A model generated the notes under the pieces. That model worked only from the letters and a program-made list of their open reading frames with translations, was not told where the DNA came from and made no database searches. A stretch of DNA of 64,000 nucleotides from Octopus sinensis. Lineage: Eukaryota. Shown in pieces: positions 1-12,854 of this stretch. Where the stretch lies: positions 13,950,001-14,014,000 of the forward strand of contig NC_043009.1 in NCBI RefSeq assembly GCF_006345805.1, read 5' to 3'. A program made the translations under genes and the position numbers. Numbering within the stretch: position 1 is the stretch's first letter; each line of letters opens with the position of its first letter.

Positions 1-684
1 GACAACAAATATTTCTCAATTACGATATTAAACGGGAATAAGAAAAATGCTGACGTAAAACAATAGCCGAAGCTATTCATATCACCAGGCTTTTTGAGAT
101 AATTTAAGGAAATAATAGTTATTTGTAAGAGAGAATGAAACTGAGAGTGATGGATGTGGTCGGTGTTGAGGAATTTAATAAATTTCCTAATGGGAAAGCG
201 TAAAATAATATAAATTCGGGGTGTTCATAAACTTACTGCGTGCTATAGTTTTGATAGCTAGATTTGTAATTAGAATTAACCGTCAATAGCTAATTAGTAT
301 TTCTAATTTGAGAGCTAAAACAATGATTGGAACAAAATATGACTTGCGGAAACTTTATTTCTAATGTTTTTACGCCGCTATCAGATTATGCTGGGCGTCA
401 TCGCAAAATGCCACGACATATTTTGATCTTTTTTTTTTATTTATAAATAATATTGGCTACGAAGTGATTTTAGTTTCAAATTCTGTCCTCAATTTTTTTT
501 CACTTACTCTCCCTCACTCCCTCACTCCGTCTTTCTCTCTCTCTCTCTCACTCTCTCTCTCTCTCTCTCTCTCTCGGTCTTTTCCTTTCCCTTGTTTCAC
601 AATTACTGTATACATAACTACGTATCCACACATATACTTATATGTATATATGTATATATGTATATATATATATATATATATATA

Positions 685-886
685 AAGGGAAGGTTTACGA
701 AAATAAACTAAAGACGAAGGCAGGTGGAGTACAAACAAACAAATGTATTAGTGTAGCGCTCAGGAATAGATAAAGTCTTTTATGTTTCGAGCCTACGCTC
801 TTCGACAGAAAGATACACAGAAAAAAACAAGGAGAGAAACAAGGAGAGAAAAAAATGCGTGTAGGAGCTAACGATCTATCATGGCG
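685..886 (-). mobile_element. Penelope-like (PLE)-type non-autonomous terminal repeat, family F1, abutting (TA)n
   Basis: Homologous to 40522-40730 and 41761-41954 (+); carries an HHR-like motif; 3' end runs into (TA)n. PLE assignment is inference from HHR plus architecture. Confidence 0.55.
776..813 (-). ncRNA. Degenerate minimal type I hammerhead-like motif (A6->U)
   Basis: Minus strand TCTTT-CTGTCGA-A-GAGC gtag GCTC-GAAA-CAT-A-AAAGA: stem I TCTTT/AAAGA, stem II GAGC/GCTC; core deviates at position 6 and helix III is broken. Confidence 0.4.
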
Positions 887-1038
887 TCCTATGTATGTAT
901 GTATGTATGTATGTATGTATGTATGTATGTATGTATGGATATTCACATATATACATACGTATATTCGCATATATGTATATGGGCACATATATACGTGTGT
1001 ATATATATATATATGCGCGTGTGTGTGTGTATGTGTGT

Positions 1039-1066
<28 letters not shown>

Positions 1067-1069
<3 letters not shown>

Positions 1070-1369
1070 GAGGCGCAATGGCCCAATGGTTAGGACAGCG
1101 GACTCGCGGTTGTAGAATCGCGGTTTCGATTCCCATACCAGGCGTTGTGAATGTTTATTGAGCGAAAGCACCTAAAGCTTCACGAGGCTCCGGCAGGGGG
1201 TGGGGGTGGCGATCCCTGCTGTACTCTTTTGCCACAACTTTCTCTCACTCTTTCTTCTGTTGGCCAGCGGGGTGGCGTCATTTGAAGGCTAAAGCAATGC
1301 GAAGCGCATTGTGACCAGCGATGTGTATCAACATCTGATAGCCTGGTCGGTCACAGTGATCACGGTGAT
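1067..1369 (+). mobile_element. tRNA-derived SINE family B, tail type 1
   Basis: Head GTGGAGGCGCAATGGCCCAATGGTTAGG...GGTTTCGATTCCC (A/B-box like); near-identical copies at 24449 and 48673; sits between (GT)n and (AT)n. Confidence 0.85.
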
Positions 1370-1734
1370 ATATATATATATACACACACACATGTGTGTG
1401 TGAGTATTAAACATATACGAATACACTCACGCACAAACTTTGTGGAGATGATGGCAAATCTGCATCCTCTGAAGAGGGTGTTCCCTTAACGCAGTTCTCT
1501 GGCAGATATTCAGCTTAACATAATCTATGACCAAGCTGTACTTTTGAGTTACAGTTTCAATCCACGGAATGGGCTCCTATGCAGTTTCCGCCTAACTAAT
1601 GTAAGGTTTGAAATGGGGCTGTATAAAATACCGTTTGCCCAAGATGACACGCGCAGTAGGATAAGACTGAACACTGTACCATGTGTGTGTGTATATATAT
1701 ATGTGTGTGTCTGTGTGTGTGCGTGCGTCGGCGA

Positions 1735-2040
1735 CTAAACCGGCAACCACACCAAGCTTGCTTGGTGAGGAGGGTGTTTATTGGTCACCCTGCGGGATGA
1801 AAAACAAAACCCGTCAAAGGGCAGAGGAACTCTTGAGAGTCAACGGCCATCCAATAAATGTCTTAAGGCTGTAATTATGCGCGGGGACATAGAAATAATC
1901 GAACTGAATACCCTATCGCTCGGTTAAACCATTGGGGATGAAGGACTCCTAGCCTTTGTTAGGGCATCCTTCTAGGAGAAGGTAACTCAGGTAACTGGGA
2001 TAACTCCGAAATATAACCTGCGGCTCAGTGGTTACCGATG
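1735..2040 (+). mobile_element. Possible RTE-type LINE 5' region fragment
   Basis: GC-richer block with GGGCATCCTTCTAGGAGAAGGTAACTC, reminiscent of RTE 5' UTR motifs as recalled; no ORF support. Confidence 0.3.
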
Positions 2041-2644
2041 ATGTTGACTTGTTCTTCTTTTCGGATTGGATTGACTCAGTGCACAGCCGTTCCTCACTTA
2101 AAAAAAATCTTCTTGTCCAAGCATTGCACGATAACAACATTCATTAAGCTTCGTGCAATGGTCATACTCGATAACGAGGGGGCAGCCACCATGTATGCAT
2201 GTATGTATATGAGTGTATGAATGAATGTATGCAAGTATGCTGGCATGCATGAGAAAATATTTTCAACTTACTTCACAACTACGTGGAACCGTGTTCAATG
2301 CTTTTGCTTAGCATCTCAGGTAAATAACATTTTTATATAGTCCATGTCAAATCATACATTGGTTGGACGGAAACTACTTAGAAGGCACTTCAAAATGTAC
2401 AGCCTGGTCATACACTGTGCCGCGCTGGTTATCTGCCAGAGAACTGCATTAAGGGATCCTTTTCATTGGACGATGGAAGTCTGCCATCACCACCTACACC
2501 ACCGTATTCTGTGCGTGTTTGTGTGTGTATGTGTATGTGCATGTGTGTGCGTGTGTGCGTGTGTGCACATTGGTTTCAAATTTTGGCACAAGGCCAGTGA
2601 TTTCTGGGGAGGAGGTAAGTCGATTACATCGACCCCAGTATTCA

Positions 2645-3054
2645 AGTGGCAGGTAGAAACGTTAGCACGCCGGGCGAAATGCTTAGCGGTATTTCGTCTG
2701 CCGTTACGTTAAGAGTTCAAATTCATCCGAGGTCGACTTTGCCTTTCATCCTTTCGGGGTCGATAAATTAAGTACCAGTTACGCACTGGGGTCAACATAA
2801 CCGACTTAATCCGTTTGTCTGTCATTGTTTGTCCTCTCTGTGTTTAGCCCTTTGTGGGTAGTAAAGAAATAGGTATTTCGTCTGCCGCTACGTTCTGAGT
2901 TCAAATTCCGCCGAGGTCGATTTTGCCTTTCATCCTTTCGGTGTCGATTAAATAAGTACCAGTTACGCACTGGATTCGATATAATCGACTTAATCCGTTT
3001 GTCTGTCCTTGTTTTTTCGCTCTGTGTTTAGCCCCTTGTGGGTAGTAAAGAAAT
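2645..3054 (+). mobile_element. SINE family A, tandem dimer
   Basis: GGCAG..AAACGTTAGCACGCCGGGCGAAATGC head, core CCTTTCATCCTTTCGGGGTCGATAAATTAAGTACCAG, body repeated twice. Confidence 0.85.
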
Positions 3055-3145
3055 TGGTTATCTGCCAGAGAACTGCGTTAAGGGATCCTTTTCATTGGAC
3101 GATGGAAGTCTGCCATCGCCACCCACACCACCGTATTATATGCGC

Positions 3146-3181
<36 letters not shown>

Positions 3182-3185
3182 GCGT

Positions 3186-3370
3186 GTGTGCACCTTGGTT
3201 TCAAATTTTGGCACAAGGCTAGGGATTTCTGGGGAGGAGGTAAGTCGATTACATCGACTCCAGTATTCATATGGAACTTATTTTATCGACCCCTAGTGAG
3301 TTATAGGCAAAGTCGAACCCGGCTGTATTTGAACTAAGAACGGTAACGATTCTGCCAGCCCACCACCTAG
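3186..3370 (-). mobile_element. Older SINE A-related copy
   Basis: Diverged reverse-complement match to the SINE A core and head. Confidence 0.6.
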
Positions 3371-3824
3371 TTAGTATGTATGTATATCCCAGTCAAGTGA
3401 TCAATTAAATGAATTTCTTGTACCCTGTCGTTTACGTGACAAAGAATTCCACATATATGAGTACCCTTTGCAGAATTCTTTGACGATATTGTGAGATATA
3501 TACATATTTATTCTAACTTTTGGATATAACTGCATGCATGCTTTTCAGTGTGTGTATATAAACAAATATGTGTGCATACGTGTGTGTGTGTATATTTGTG
3601 TATGTGTATGAATGTGTATGTATTGATGATACTGAAGTAATGACTCTACGTAGACAATAAATAAATAAATATATATATATATATATGTGTGTATGTATGT
3701 ATATGAGATTCAGAGATTCTCCGTCTAGAAGACACGTGTAGTGCTCAAAAGATACGAACTCCGATGTCTTTACAGGGGATCTTTTCACAAGGTAAAGAAA
3801 AACGATAAGAGGGAGCATATACAT

Positions 3825-3958
3825 ATGTGTGTGTGTGTGTGAGTGTTTGTGTGTGTGTGCGTGTGTGTGTCTGCGCGCGTGCGTGTGTGTGTCTGCGCGC
3901 GTGCGTGCGAGTGTGTGTCTGTGCGCGTGCGTGTGTGTGTTTTTGTTTGTGTGTGTGT

Positions 3959-3998
<40 letters not shown>

Positions 3999-4012
3999 TG
4001 TGTGTGTGTGCA
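3825..4012. repeat. (GT)n/(GC)n compound microsatellite
   Basis: Seen directly. Confidence 0.95.
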
Positions 4013-4759
4013 TTTCTATGATGAAAGAGAAGCCGCTCTAGAGTAAAATCTGTATGTAAGTGACATAACGTTCATGAATCATTGAAAAATCAAAAGCTAC
4101 AGTTTTCGAATGAAAAAAAGATTTGTTTGTAAACGTATTCTGTTAAAAGAAAAACAATATACTTTAGAAATAGGTGAAAGGGAATCGCCCCGGATGAAGA
4201 CTGCGTGAGTGATAGAAGGGCATTTCGTCGTTTTTGCAGCTTGTCAATGCCACGTACTCATAACACTTCCAAAATAAAAATGAAACGCTGGATGTTGCGG
4301 CAACGCTATGAACTGTTGAATCTTCCCAGTATTTATTTCATTCTGGTACATAGTTTACCCCACAAAATACCTTCTGTGCCATAGAGTGAAACACAAAAGC
4401 TAGTGGGTTGTAAGTTCCCTATATATATATATATATATATATATTGCCTGGATGTTGAAATTTACATCAGAGCAAAATAAAGAACTAACCCTAAACATTG
4501 AGAAGTTATGATCCATCCGTCGCCTAGCACATAGAGTAACAAAGAAGGTACTACAAAAAGTCATTTGGAAGCAGAATTTGCACTCACACTACATGACTGT
4601 ATATGCTTGTGTGTTTGTGTGTGTATATAATATGTATGTGTGTGTGTGTTGAGTGTGTATATGCATACGTTTGTATGTAAATATGTATAATTTTATGTGT
4701 GTGCATGCGTGAATATAACGTATGTATTACGTTTGTATACACATGCTTGTATGTATGCA

Positions 4760-5680
4760 TATACTGTATGTGATTTTATACATATACATAAGTAATTTGA
4801 ATGCATGCCTGGATATACACATACATACTTACAAAGATACATACACACATACACACACATACACATACATACATACACACATACACACACATACACATAC
4901 ATACATACATACATACATATATACATACATACATACATACATACATACATACATGCATACATACATACATACATATGCATACATACATGCATGCATACAT
5001 ACATACATACATATATACATGCATGCATACATACATACATACATGCATACCTACATACATGCATACATACATACATACACACACATACATACATACATGC
5101 ATATATGCATACATGCATGCACACTCATACATACATGTATACATACATACATGCATGCATACATACATACATATATACATACATACATACATACATACAT
5201 ACATACATACATACATGCATACATACATACATACATATGCATACATACATGCATGCATACATACATACATACATACATATATACATGCATGCATACATAC
5301 ATACATACATGCATACCTACATACATGCATACATACATACATACATACATACATACATACATACACACACATACATACATACATGCATATATGCATACAT
5401 GCATGCACACTCATACATACATGTATACATACATACATGCATGCATACATACATACATATATACATACATGCACACATACATACATACATACATACATGC
5501 ATATATACATACATACATACACATACATACATACATGCATATATGCATACATGCATGCATATACATACATACATGTATACATTCATGCATACATACATAC
5601 ATACATACATACATACATACATACATACATACATACATACATACATACATACATGCATACATATGCATACATACATATTT
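4760..5680. repeat. (TACA)n/(TGCA)n compound tetranucleotide array with higher-order duplication
   Basis: Seen directly; rare variant words CATACCTAC and GCACACTCATAC each occur twice about 270-290 bp apart. Confidence 0.9.
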
Positions 5681-6918
5681 TCCCACACACAAAATGAGTT
5701 ACAGAAATAGGATCAAATAAGTATTGATTAATTTAATTCGGTCATATAATCTAGCAATTCTAATTATTGTCAGCAGTTAAGAATAATTTACGTTAATAAG
5801 ATTGGGTTTCGCCATATTGAACTTGTATGAATCTCGCTATCAATCTTCCTGGTGGCCATTTTCCTACTAAATCAATGTAGAATCATACAGCTTGGCATCT
5901 ACAAGTCTTATATCACGAATGTTTCTTTTGCTGATTTTTTATTATTTTTAATAATTGATGTCATTGCTCCCCCGGTTGCTTTCCAATTCTTGTCGCTGCT
6001 CTTGTTGTTGTTTTTAATTATTGTTGTTGCTGCTGCTACTGCTGCTGTTGTTGTTGTTGCTGTAGTTGTTGTACTTGTTGTTGTTGTAGTTGTTGTTGTT
6101 GTTGTTGCTGCTGTTGTTGTGTTTACGGTTGTTTAAACGAGATCGACTCTAATTGAACTGAACTGTGATCAAAGGCATTTCAGCCGTGGTCGTCTTTTGG
6201 CGCTCAAGATTAAGGTCAAGCTTAGTGTTTGGGTGAGGTTTGAATTATTTAACACTGTTATGTTATTTGTTCGTTTTTTATTAATTCAGGATATAACGTG
6301 AGGGAGATTTATTTGCAATTCATAGAACATTGAGCAAACACGAAAGGCTGCCACGTTTGCTCATCAAAGTCATCGACTTTGTAATTATCATCGTTTTTAT
6401 TGTTACTGTTCCTGTTGGTCGTCGTAGCGCTACATGTGTGACTATGCTTTTGGCTGTAGTAATATTATTTCTGATCGGTCTTTACTCCTTCTCGGCCGCA
6501 TATTTTCTTGTCTCCCTTCTGAGAGTTGTTTTTCCTTGGTTTCCTTAAAGAAGTGCATCAGAATCAGTAGAGCTTTTCAATATCAAATCAGGGTTCTTAA
6601 TATTCTTAGTTCAAATCCTACCGGAATGTACTTCATCTTTCATCCATCTGGAGAAACCACTGAAGGAAATCAATGCAAACTTAGCACCGGGGTCGATTAG
6701 TCAATATTCTAAGTCTTGTATCAGTTGCGGTATTTGCTTGTATCTTTCTTCGATCAATGTTCAAATCCCACCAAGTTCGATCTTGACTTTCATCCCTCTA
6801 GTATCGATAAAAGCAAATATCAGTGATGTATTGGGGGTGATATAATCACCTAATCCATCTAACTTCATCCATTAATTTCTGATCTTGTGCCTATATATAT
6901 ATTTGTGTGTGGCTTTAT

Positions 6919-6969
<51 letters not shown>

Positions 6970-7107
6970 TATATATATGCACATACATACATACATATAT
7001 GTGTGTCTGTGTATGTATATATATATATATATATATATATGCACATATATATATATATATATATATATATTTGAGTAGGTGTATATGAGTATGTATATGT
7101 ATATATA

Positions 7108-7422
7108 CACTGCTAGCGATATATTATATATATATTTCTTTATTGCCCACAAGGGGCTAAACATAGAGGGGACAAACAAAGGGATTAAGTCGATTATATC
7201 GACCCCAGTGCGTAACTGGTACTTTATTTATCGACCCCGAAAGGGATGAAAGGCAAAGTCGACCTCGGCGGCTTTGCCTTTCATCCCTTTCAGGGTCGAT
7301 AAATAAAGTACCAGTTACGCACTGGGGTCGATATAATCGACTTAATCCCTTTGTTTGTCCCCTCTATGTTTAGCCCCTTGTGGGCAATAAAGAAATATAT
7401 ATATAATATATCGCTAGCAGTG
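7108..7422. repeat. Fold-back palindrome built from a SINE A 3' half plus flank
   Basis: 7108-7258 is the reverse complement of 7273-7422 (about 150-bp arms, about 14-nt spacer). Confidence 0.9.
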
Positions 7423-8836
7423 GGAGCGAACCCCTACTACCCCCCAGCAGGTAATCGGAACGCAGGATAGGCCAGTTTCAAGCTATTTGGCTCAAATCAG
7501 CCACGCGCACCTGCTAGCGTTATACTATATTTAAAGGGTGCAGAGCTTACACCGAAAACCAGCTGGGGAAGAATGCGCCTCGGTTAAACTAGTAGTTACA
7601 TTTACCTGTCCGCTTTGATGTGACTACTCGTTTTACTGTTTAGCATACATTACTAATCTACTTCTTCTTGGGGTTTTATAACTATATATATATATTATAA
7701 TGAGGGAGGCCGGTTTATGGGGTTACCCTGGGTGTCTCGCTCATACGGGGTTTAGGCTTATGGCATATCTTCAGACCCTAAACACTGCTGACCTAAATCC
7801 ACTTTAAAATATGGAGGAGGAATATATACGTTTTTATTATTATTTTGCAATTTACTTAATCATCGGTATATTATTGGTATTTTACTTTTAATATTTCTAT
7901 TAAATGTAATTTTCTAGATGGTGTAATTTAATTGTTCTTTTTGAATTGATAAGAGGTGTTTTTTTCTGATTTATATATATATATATATATTACGGAGATG
8001 TACTTGCATAGCGAGTGACTTGATCTGAGATCGTGTGCTGGAACGAAAACAATTGCAGCGTGGAAGGTGTTTATAAGCCATTTAAGAAACACACAAATAC
8101 CGTTAGATTCACTTAAACATTTGAATTTAATTTGTCAAAATATTTTCGTCGCTTTGAGACCGCGACCTGTTCGCTGAAAAAACTTCGTGATGCAGCACGA
8201 AGTTTACATACGCCAACAAAAAAAAGAAAATCTACTAAATACAGACCCATAAAGGTGTGTTCATATCAAAAGTTAAAATTAGCAACCAAATGCGCGCTTA
8301 AATGACGCTCGACGGACTTTGTTGAAATATAATATAACACTAGATATACATTGTAAACTTAGGTAGTTAAAAAGGCTGGATCCCATAGATTGTTCGACTT
8401 GGATAACGAGATTCATTGTCAGTGCTGACCTCAAGCTAAACCGAAGCAACAACAACGACAACTCTACCCACTTTGTTCATATAGATGTGATAAGTCTTCA
8501 ATAATGCGAAGTACCTAAAACTCCTTGGTCAATTATTATTTTCGTAAGCAATGATAGATTCTGTTCAGCTTTCATTAAACCTTCAGTCCCTCTCAACTCT
8601 TAAATCTTCGATTTTGATCCAATGCTGTGATTATTAATCGTCTCTGCTGTCTTTTTCTTTAATAACAGAGCAATGATAGTACAAAAGATTTGACCACGAA
8701 TTGTTATTAATATATTTTCAAACGACTTCTTTAACTTATGCTTTCTTCCTGCGGTTTTCTCTGCTCCATCTTCTTTGATCTATCTCTTCGCTATATTGAA
8801 TGTACTATATAATTTCTTAGTTTCCTATAATTTTAT

Positions 8837-9272
8837 TCTTTTACTTGTTTCAGTCATTTGACTGCGGCCATGCTGGAGCACCGCCTTTAGCCGAGCAAAT
8901 CGATCCCAGTGTTTATTCTTTGTAATCCTGGTACTTATATAATATCGGTATCTTTTACCGAACCACTAAGTTTCGGGTGCGTATATATGTATACCAACAT
9001 CGGTTGTCAAGCGATGGTGGGGGACAAACACAGGCACATACACACATAAATGCACACACACAGATATATATATGTGTGTGTGTGTGTGTATGTATATATA
9101 CATATATACGACAGGCTTCTTTCAGTTTCCGTCTACCACACCCACTCACAAGGCTTTGGTCGGCCCGAGGCTATAATAGAAGACACTTGCCCAAGGTGTC
9201 ACGCAGTGGGGCCGAACGCGGAACTAAGTGGTTGAGAAACAAGCGTCTTACCACACAGCTGTGCCTGCGCCT
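8837..9272 (-). mobile_element. tRNA-derived SINE family C (CORE-like centre, internal microsatellite)
   Basis: Reverse complement of the AGGCGCAGGAGTGGCTGTGTGGTAAG...GCACCTTGGGCAAGTGTCTT...GTAAAAGA family; further copies at 25419, 36374, 40062, 56491. Confidence 0.85.
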
Positions 9273-11466
9273 TAACTATCTGTATATATCTAGTGTTATT
9301 TTCTACTATGTAGTCTACAATAATAATCTAGTGGTTAGGAATGCAGGACTTATGATCGTTAGATTGTGTGTTCGATTCATGGACCGGGTGGCACGTTGCG
9401 TCTTTGGGTAAGACATTCCATTTCATGTTACTTCTTCCAGCTTAGCTGTAAATAAATACGTTCAACAGCTGGAAACGAAGCCACCCAGCGACGGTTTAAT
9501 CGTTTAAATGCCACGGGAACTGAGACAAGCTCCAGCCTAATGAGTCCTCTGGTTCCAGATAAAGCTTTAACTGATCTAATTGTTAAGTGAATGCTGACTT
9601 AATTAAATAAGCAAACATATATCAACGTAAATTTAATGAAGGTAAATTCTTTAGCAAGAAAGGCAGAAAGCTCAACTCCGATTATTATAAAGAATTGAAT
9701 GAAACACGCAATTTACAGTAGTCCTCTTATCTTTTTTTTATATAAAGATTAGTCCTTAAAGTTAATACTTTTGTTCCCACTACAGGTGTACATTTGAGCT
9801 CAGAACGTAAAGACGGACGAAATGCCACCAGGCATTTTACCTGGCGTGCTACCGATTCTGCTTGTTCGCCTTTCGTAAAAATTATCTATCATTTTTTACG
9901 TGGCTTATCCTAAAAATATTTATTTTCTTATTTCATTACGTAGTTTCCTTGGTTCATTCATATTATTACGTTAGAAATATATTTGAACTCATACAATGCG
10001 AAATGCATGAAGAGAATGTCCTCACAAAATTAACACCTGAACAATAATAATTTCTGATCTCTTTTTCACAAAGAACAAATAAACCTTATACTTTGAAACA
10101 AATACCAATATTTGTATTTTGCTTGAATTTTCCATAATTCCTTTTATTCTTGGTGGATTGCATTTGCTTTCTTGACTTCTAACAGAGTATTGTAAATAAA
10201 GTGCAATATCCAGTCCATTCACAAGAAACCACAAACAATGGAATTGTTCGAGAATAACTGAGAAGTTGTGGCGTTCACATTTTTGCATTGACATTGAACT
10301 GTAAATTAAAGCCAGATCGTGAACTCAAATCGGCTGAATTTTGCATCTTATTTAAGGGTGTTCGCAACAGCTTATCTAAGATGTATATCTAATCAAATTT
10401 ACTGGATATAAGATTATTTATATGGAGACATTAAAGGTTGATATGGTAAATTATTTCTCAAACCATAAGCGAAATGTGCTTCAACGGGTTCGAAACTGGG
10501 TATTACATTCGGCTTACTTCCTTTCTACATTCTACAATACTAAATTATATTCAATATTTCCCATGGCAGTAACAAAATGCATACTTCTAACATTTTGCTA
10601 TTATATACAAATTTACTTTACTTGCAACATTAAATCACCCACTTACCCATACATATTCGTACATACACACATACAAATACATACACGCACAAACACAGCC
10701 AAGTTCAGAAGACGTTCGATTTCAATTTTTTTCAAACAATATACTTCTCATTAATTCCCCTGCTAAATTGAACAACACAATTTACTATACTCTTGTTTTA
10801 GAGTCAATACGAATATTTTCATACAATCAGGAATAAAATTTATTATAGATGAGTGAATCGAACAACCAAGATGGTGACACTGGATTCTTGAACTTGAAAA
10901 ATAAATCATTGTTCCATTTCATAGTCTCCAAAGCCACCTCAACCGTCACCTGTTGGTAACGGTAAATGTAAATAAACCATACATATTTAATGGAATAATT
11001 CTCTACCAATGTTAACCTGTGTCCACAATATCATTGCTTTATACACAAGATGAGGTGATAGGTTTGGTGGTGATAGTATAAATCTCTAGAACTAAAAATG
11101 TAGAAATAAATAAACATTATTTGCTCTTTATTTTAGAGTTTATTACGGATTAGAAAAACTTTTTTAAAGACTGAATTTATTAATTCCTAAAGAATACACA
11201 CTAGTCCAACGTCAATAACTTGCGATTTAAAATAGGACAGCTGCACAAACGAACGAACTAATTTCTCGTCTTTCTATTACGCTAACTCTTTTCTAGATCT
11301 CTCTGCCATACACTTTCATTTTCTCCTCCTCTCTCTCCCTCACTCTCTCACTCTATCTATTTATCTATCTACCTATCTATCTATCAATCTATCTATCTAT
11401 ATCTATCTATCTATCTACTATCTATATCTATCTATCTATCTATCTATCTATCATATATTATATATC

Positions 11467-11526
<60 letters not shown>

Positions 11527-11723
11527 AATTATTACATTATATAAAAGGGCTTAGTAAAATAAATTACTTTGCCGCATACTGAACTCATTAGAAATAGTAG
11601 CTAAAAAAACTTTTTTAAAAACTATTTCTAATACTTAAAGAAAACCTCTCTCATATAGTGTTTGCTCAATTCAACTCACGAAGTATGGGGGTAAAGACAT
11701 TAAAAAATCAAATGCAAAGGTTA

Positions 11724-11779
11724 TTTGAGAACGTACGTTTCAAGATTAGTCAACTCGACACTTCTATCATCAGCTCAGA
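11724..11779 (-). ncRNA. Type I hammerhead ribozyme motif (left arm copy)
   Basis: Exact reverse complement of 11868-11923. Confidence 0.6.
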
Positions 11780-11867
11780 ACTCCTTGGTTTGGATTTGAA
11801 AACACTGAAAGTGGGAGCATACCCTTTCGGCTCCCACTTTCAGTGTTTTCAATCCAAACCAAGGAGT

Positions 11868-11923
11868 TCTGAGCTGATGATAGAAGTGTCGAGTTGACTA
11901 ATCTTGAAACGTACGTTCTCAAA
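11868..11923 (+). ncRNA. Type I hammerhead ribozyme motif
   Basis: TGAG-CTGATGA-(T AGA..GTC gagtt GAC..TCT T)-GAAA-CGTACG-TT-CTCA: stem I TGAG/CTCA, palindromic helix III AACGTACGTT, GUU triplet; the 10.1-11.1 pair is U-U. Confidence 0.6.
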
Positions 11924-12854
11924 TAACCTTTGCATTTGATTTTTTAATGTCTTTACCCCATACTTTCGTGAGTTGAATTGAGCAAACACTATATGAGAGA
12001 GGTTTTCTTTAAGTATTAGAAATAGTTTTAAAAAAGTTTTTTTAGCTACTATTTCTAATGAGTTCAGTATGCGGCAAAGTAATTTATTTTACTAAGCCCT
12101 TTTATATAATGTAATAATTTGAATTCGCCTTAAATGGTCCCTTTGCATACTGAATACTTGGTGAAATTGATTAATATTAATTAATTTTACCCTCAATTGT
12201 TGATATATATATATATAATATATATATTTCACTTCCTGTTTCCTTCTCTCTTTCCTTCTGTCTCTCTCGCTCTCACCCTCTATATATACACTCATACATA
12301 CTTACATATTTTGGGATGGTGATTGATGAGGAATAAGCTACGAATTTTCTTATTCTTAAGCTTTTGAAAAATGTTGTGTTTTTGTTAAACTTTTCAAATA
12401 TATTTATGGACCGCCACGCATTTCTGATTATTCTACTCATTTATAAAATATTCTTGAAATATTTTCTCTTTCTTTCTTTTCCTCACTTTTGTCTTCCTCT
12501 CACTCTCGTTCTCTCTCTCTTTCCCTCCCTGATACTTTACATCTTTCTTCGTTCTGACTTTCTTATCTGTCTTTCTCTCGTCTCCAGTCCCGCAGGACAT
12601 TTTCATTTTCCTTTGCGTTACGCCACAATCGGTCAGTCTTGCGTTTGCATAGCTTTTTTGTTGTATATGTATGTTTTATTTTGTTGTGTTTGTTTTCTAC
12701 ATTGTTCTGTACATTCGTTGGCTATTCCCAGTGGATTTTCGTCACTGGCGCCACCAAAAGGGGACAATATCAACGTTGAAGGCACGAAATTGTAATTATC
12801 TTTTGGACGTTGATTGATGAGGAATCAGCTACGAATTTTCTGTTCAATATTTAA

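Larger units (their letters stand above)
11526..12200. mobile_element. HHR-bearing PLE-type repeat (F3) as head-to-head palindrome between (TA)n tracts
   Basis: Arms 11526-11818 and 11830-12120, spacer ATACCCTTTCG; the direct arm continues to (TA)n near 12203. Confidence 0.75.

Noticed and set aside
7470-7790. Two further HHR-like traces on the minus strand (CTGATTTGA..GAAACTGGCC near 7470-7505; GGGT-CTGAAGA..ACCC near 7730-7780)
   Set aside because: Several core positions are wrong in each; too degenerate to call.
10022-11009. Non-repetitive ORFs at 10022-10294 and 10827-11009 (-) with plausible acceptors
   Set aside because: No recognisable motifs, plausible splice signals on both strands, and the frames do not combine into a coherent model.
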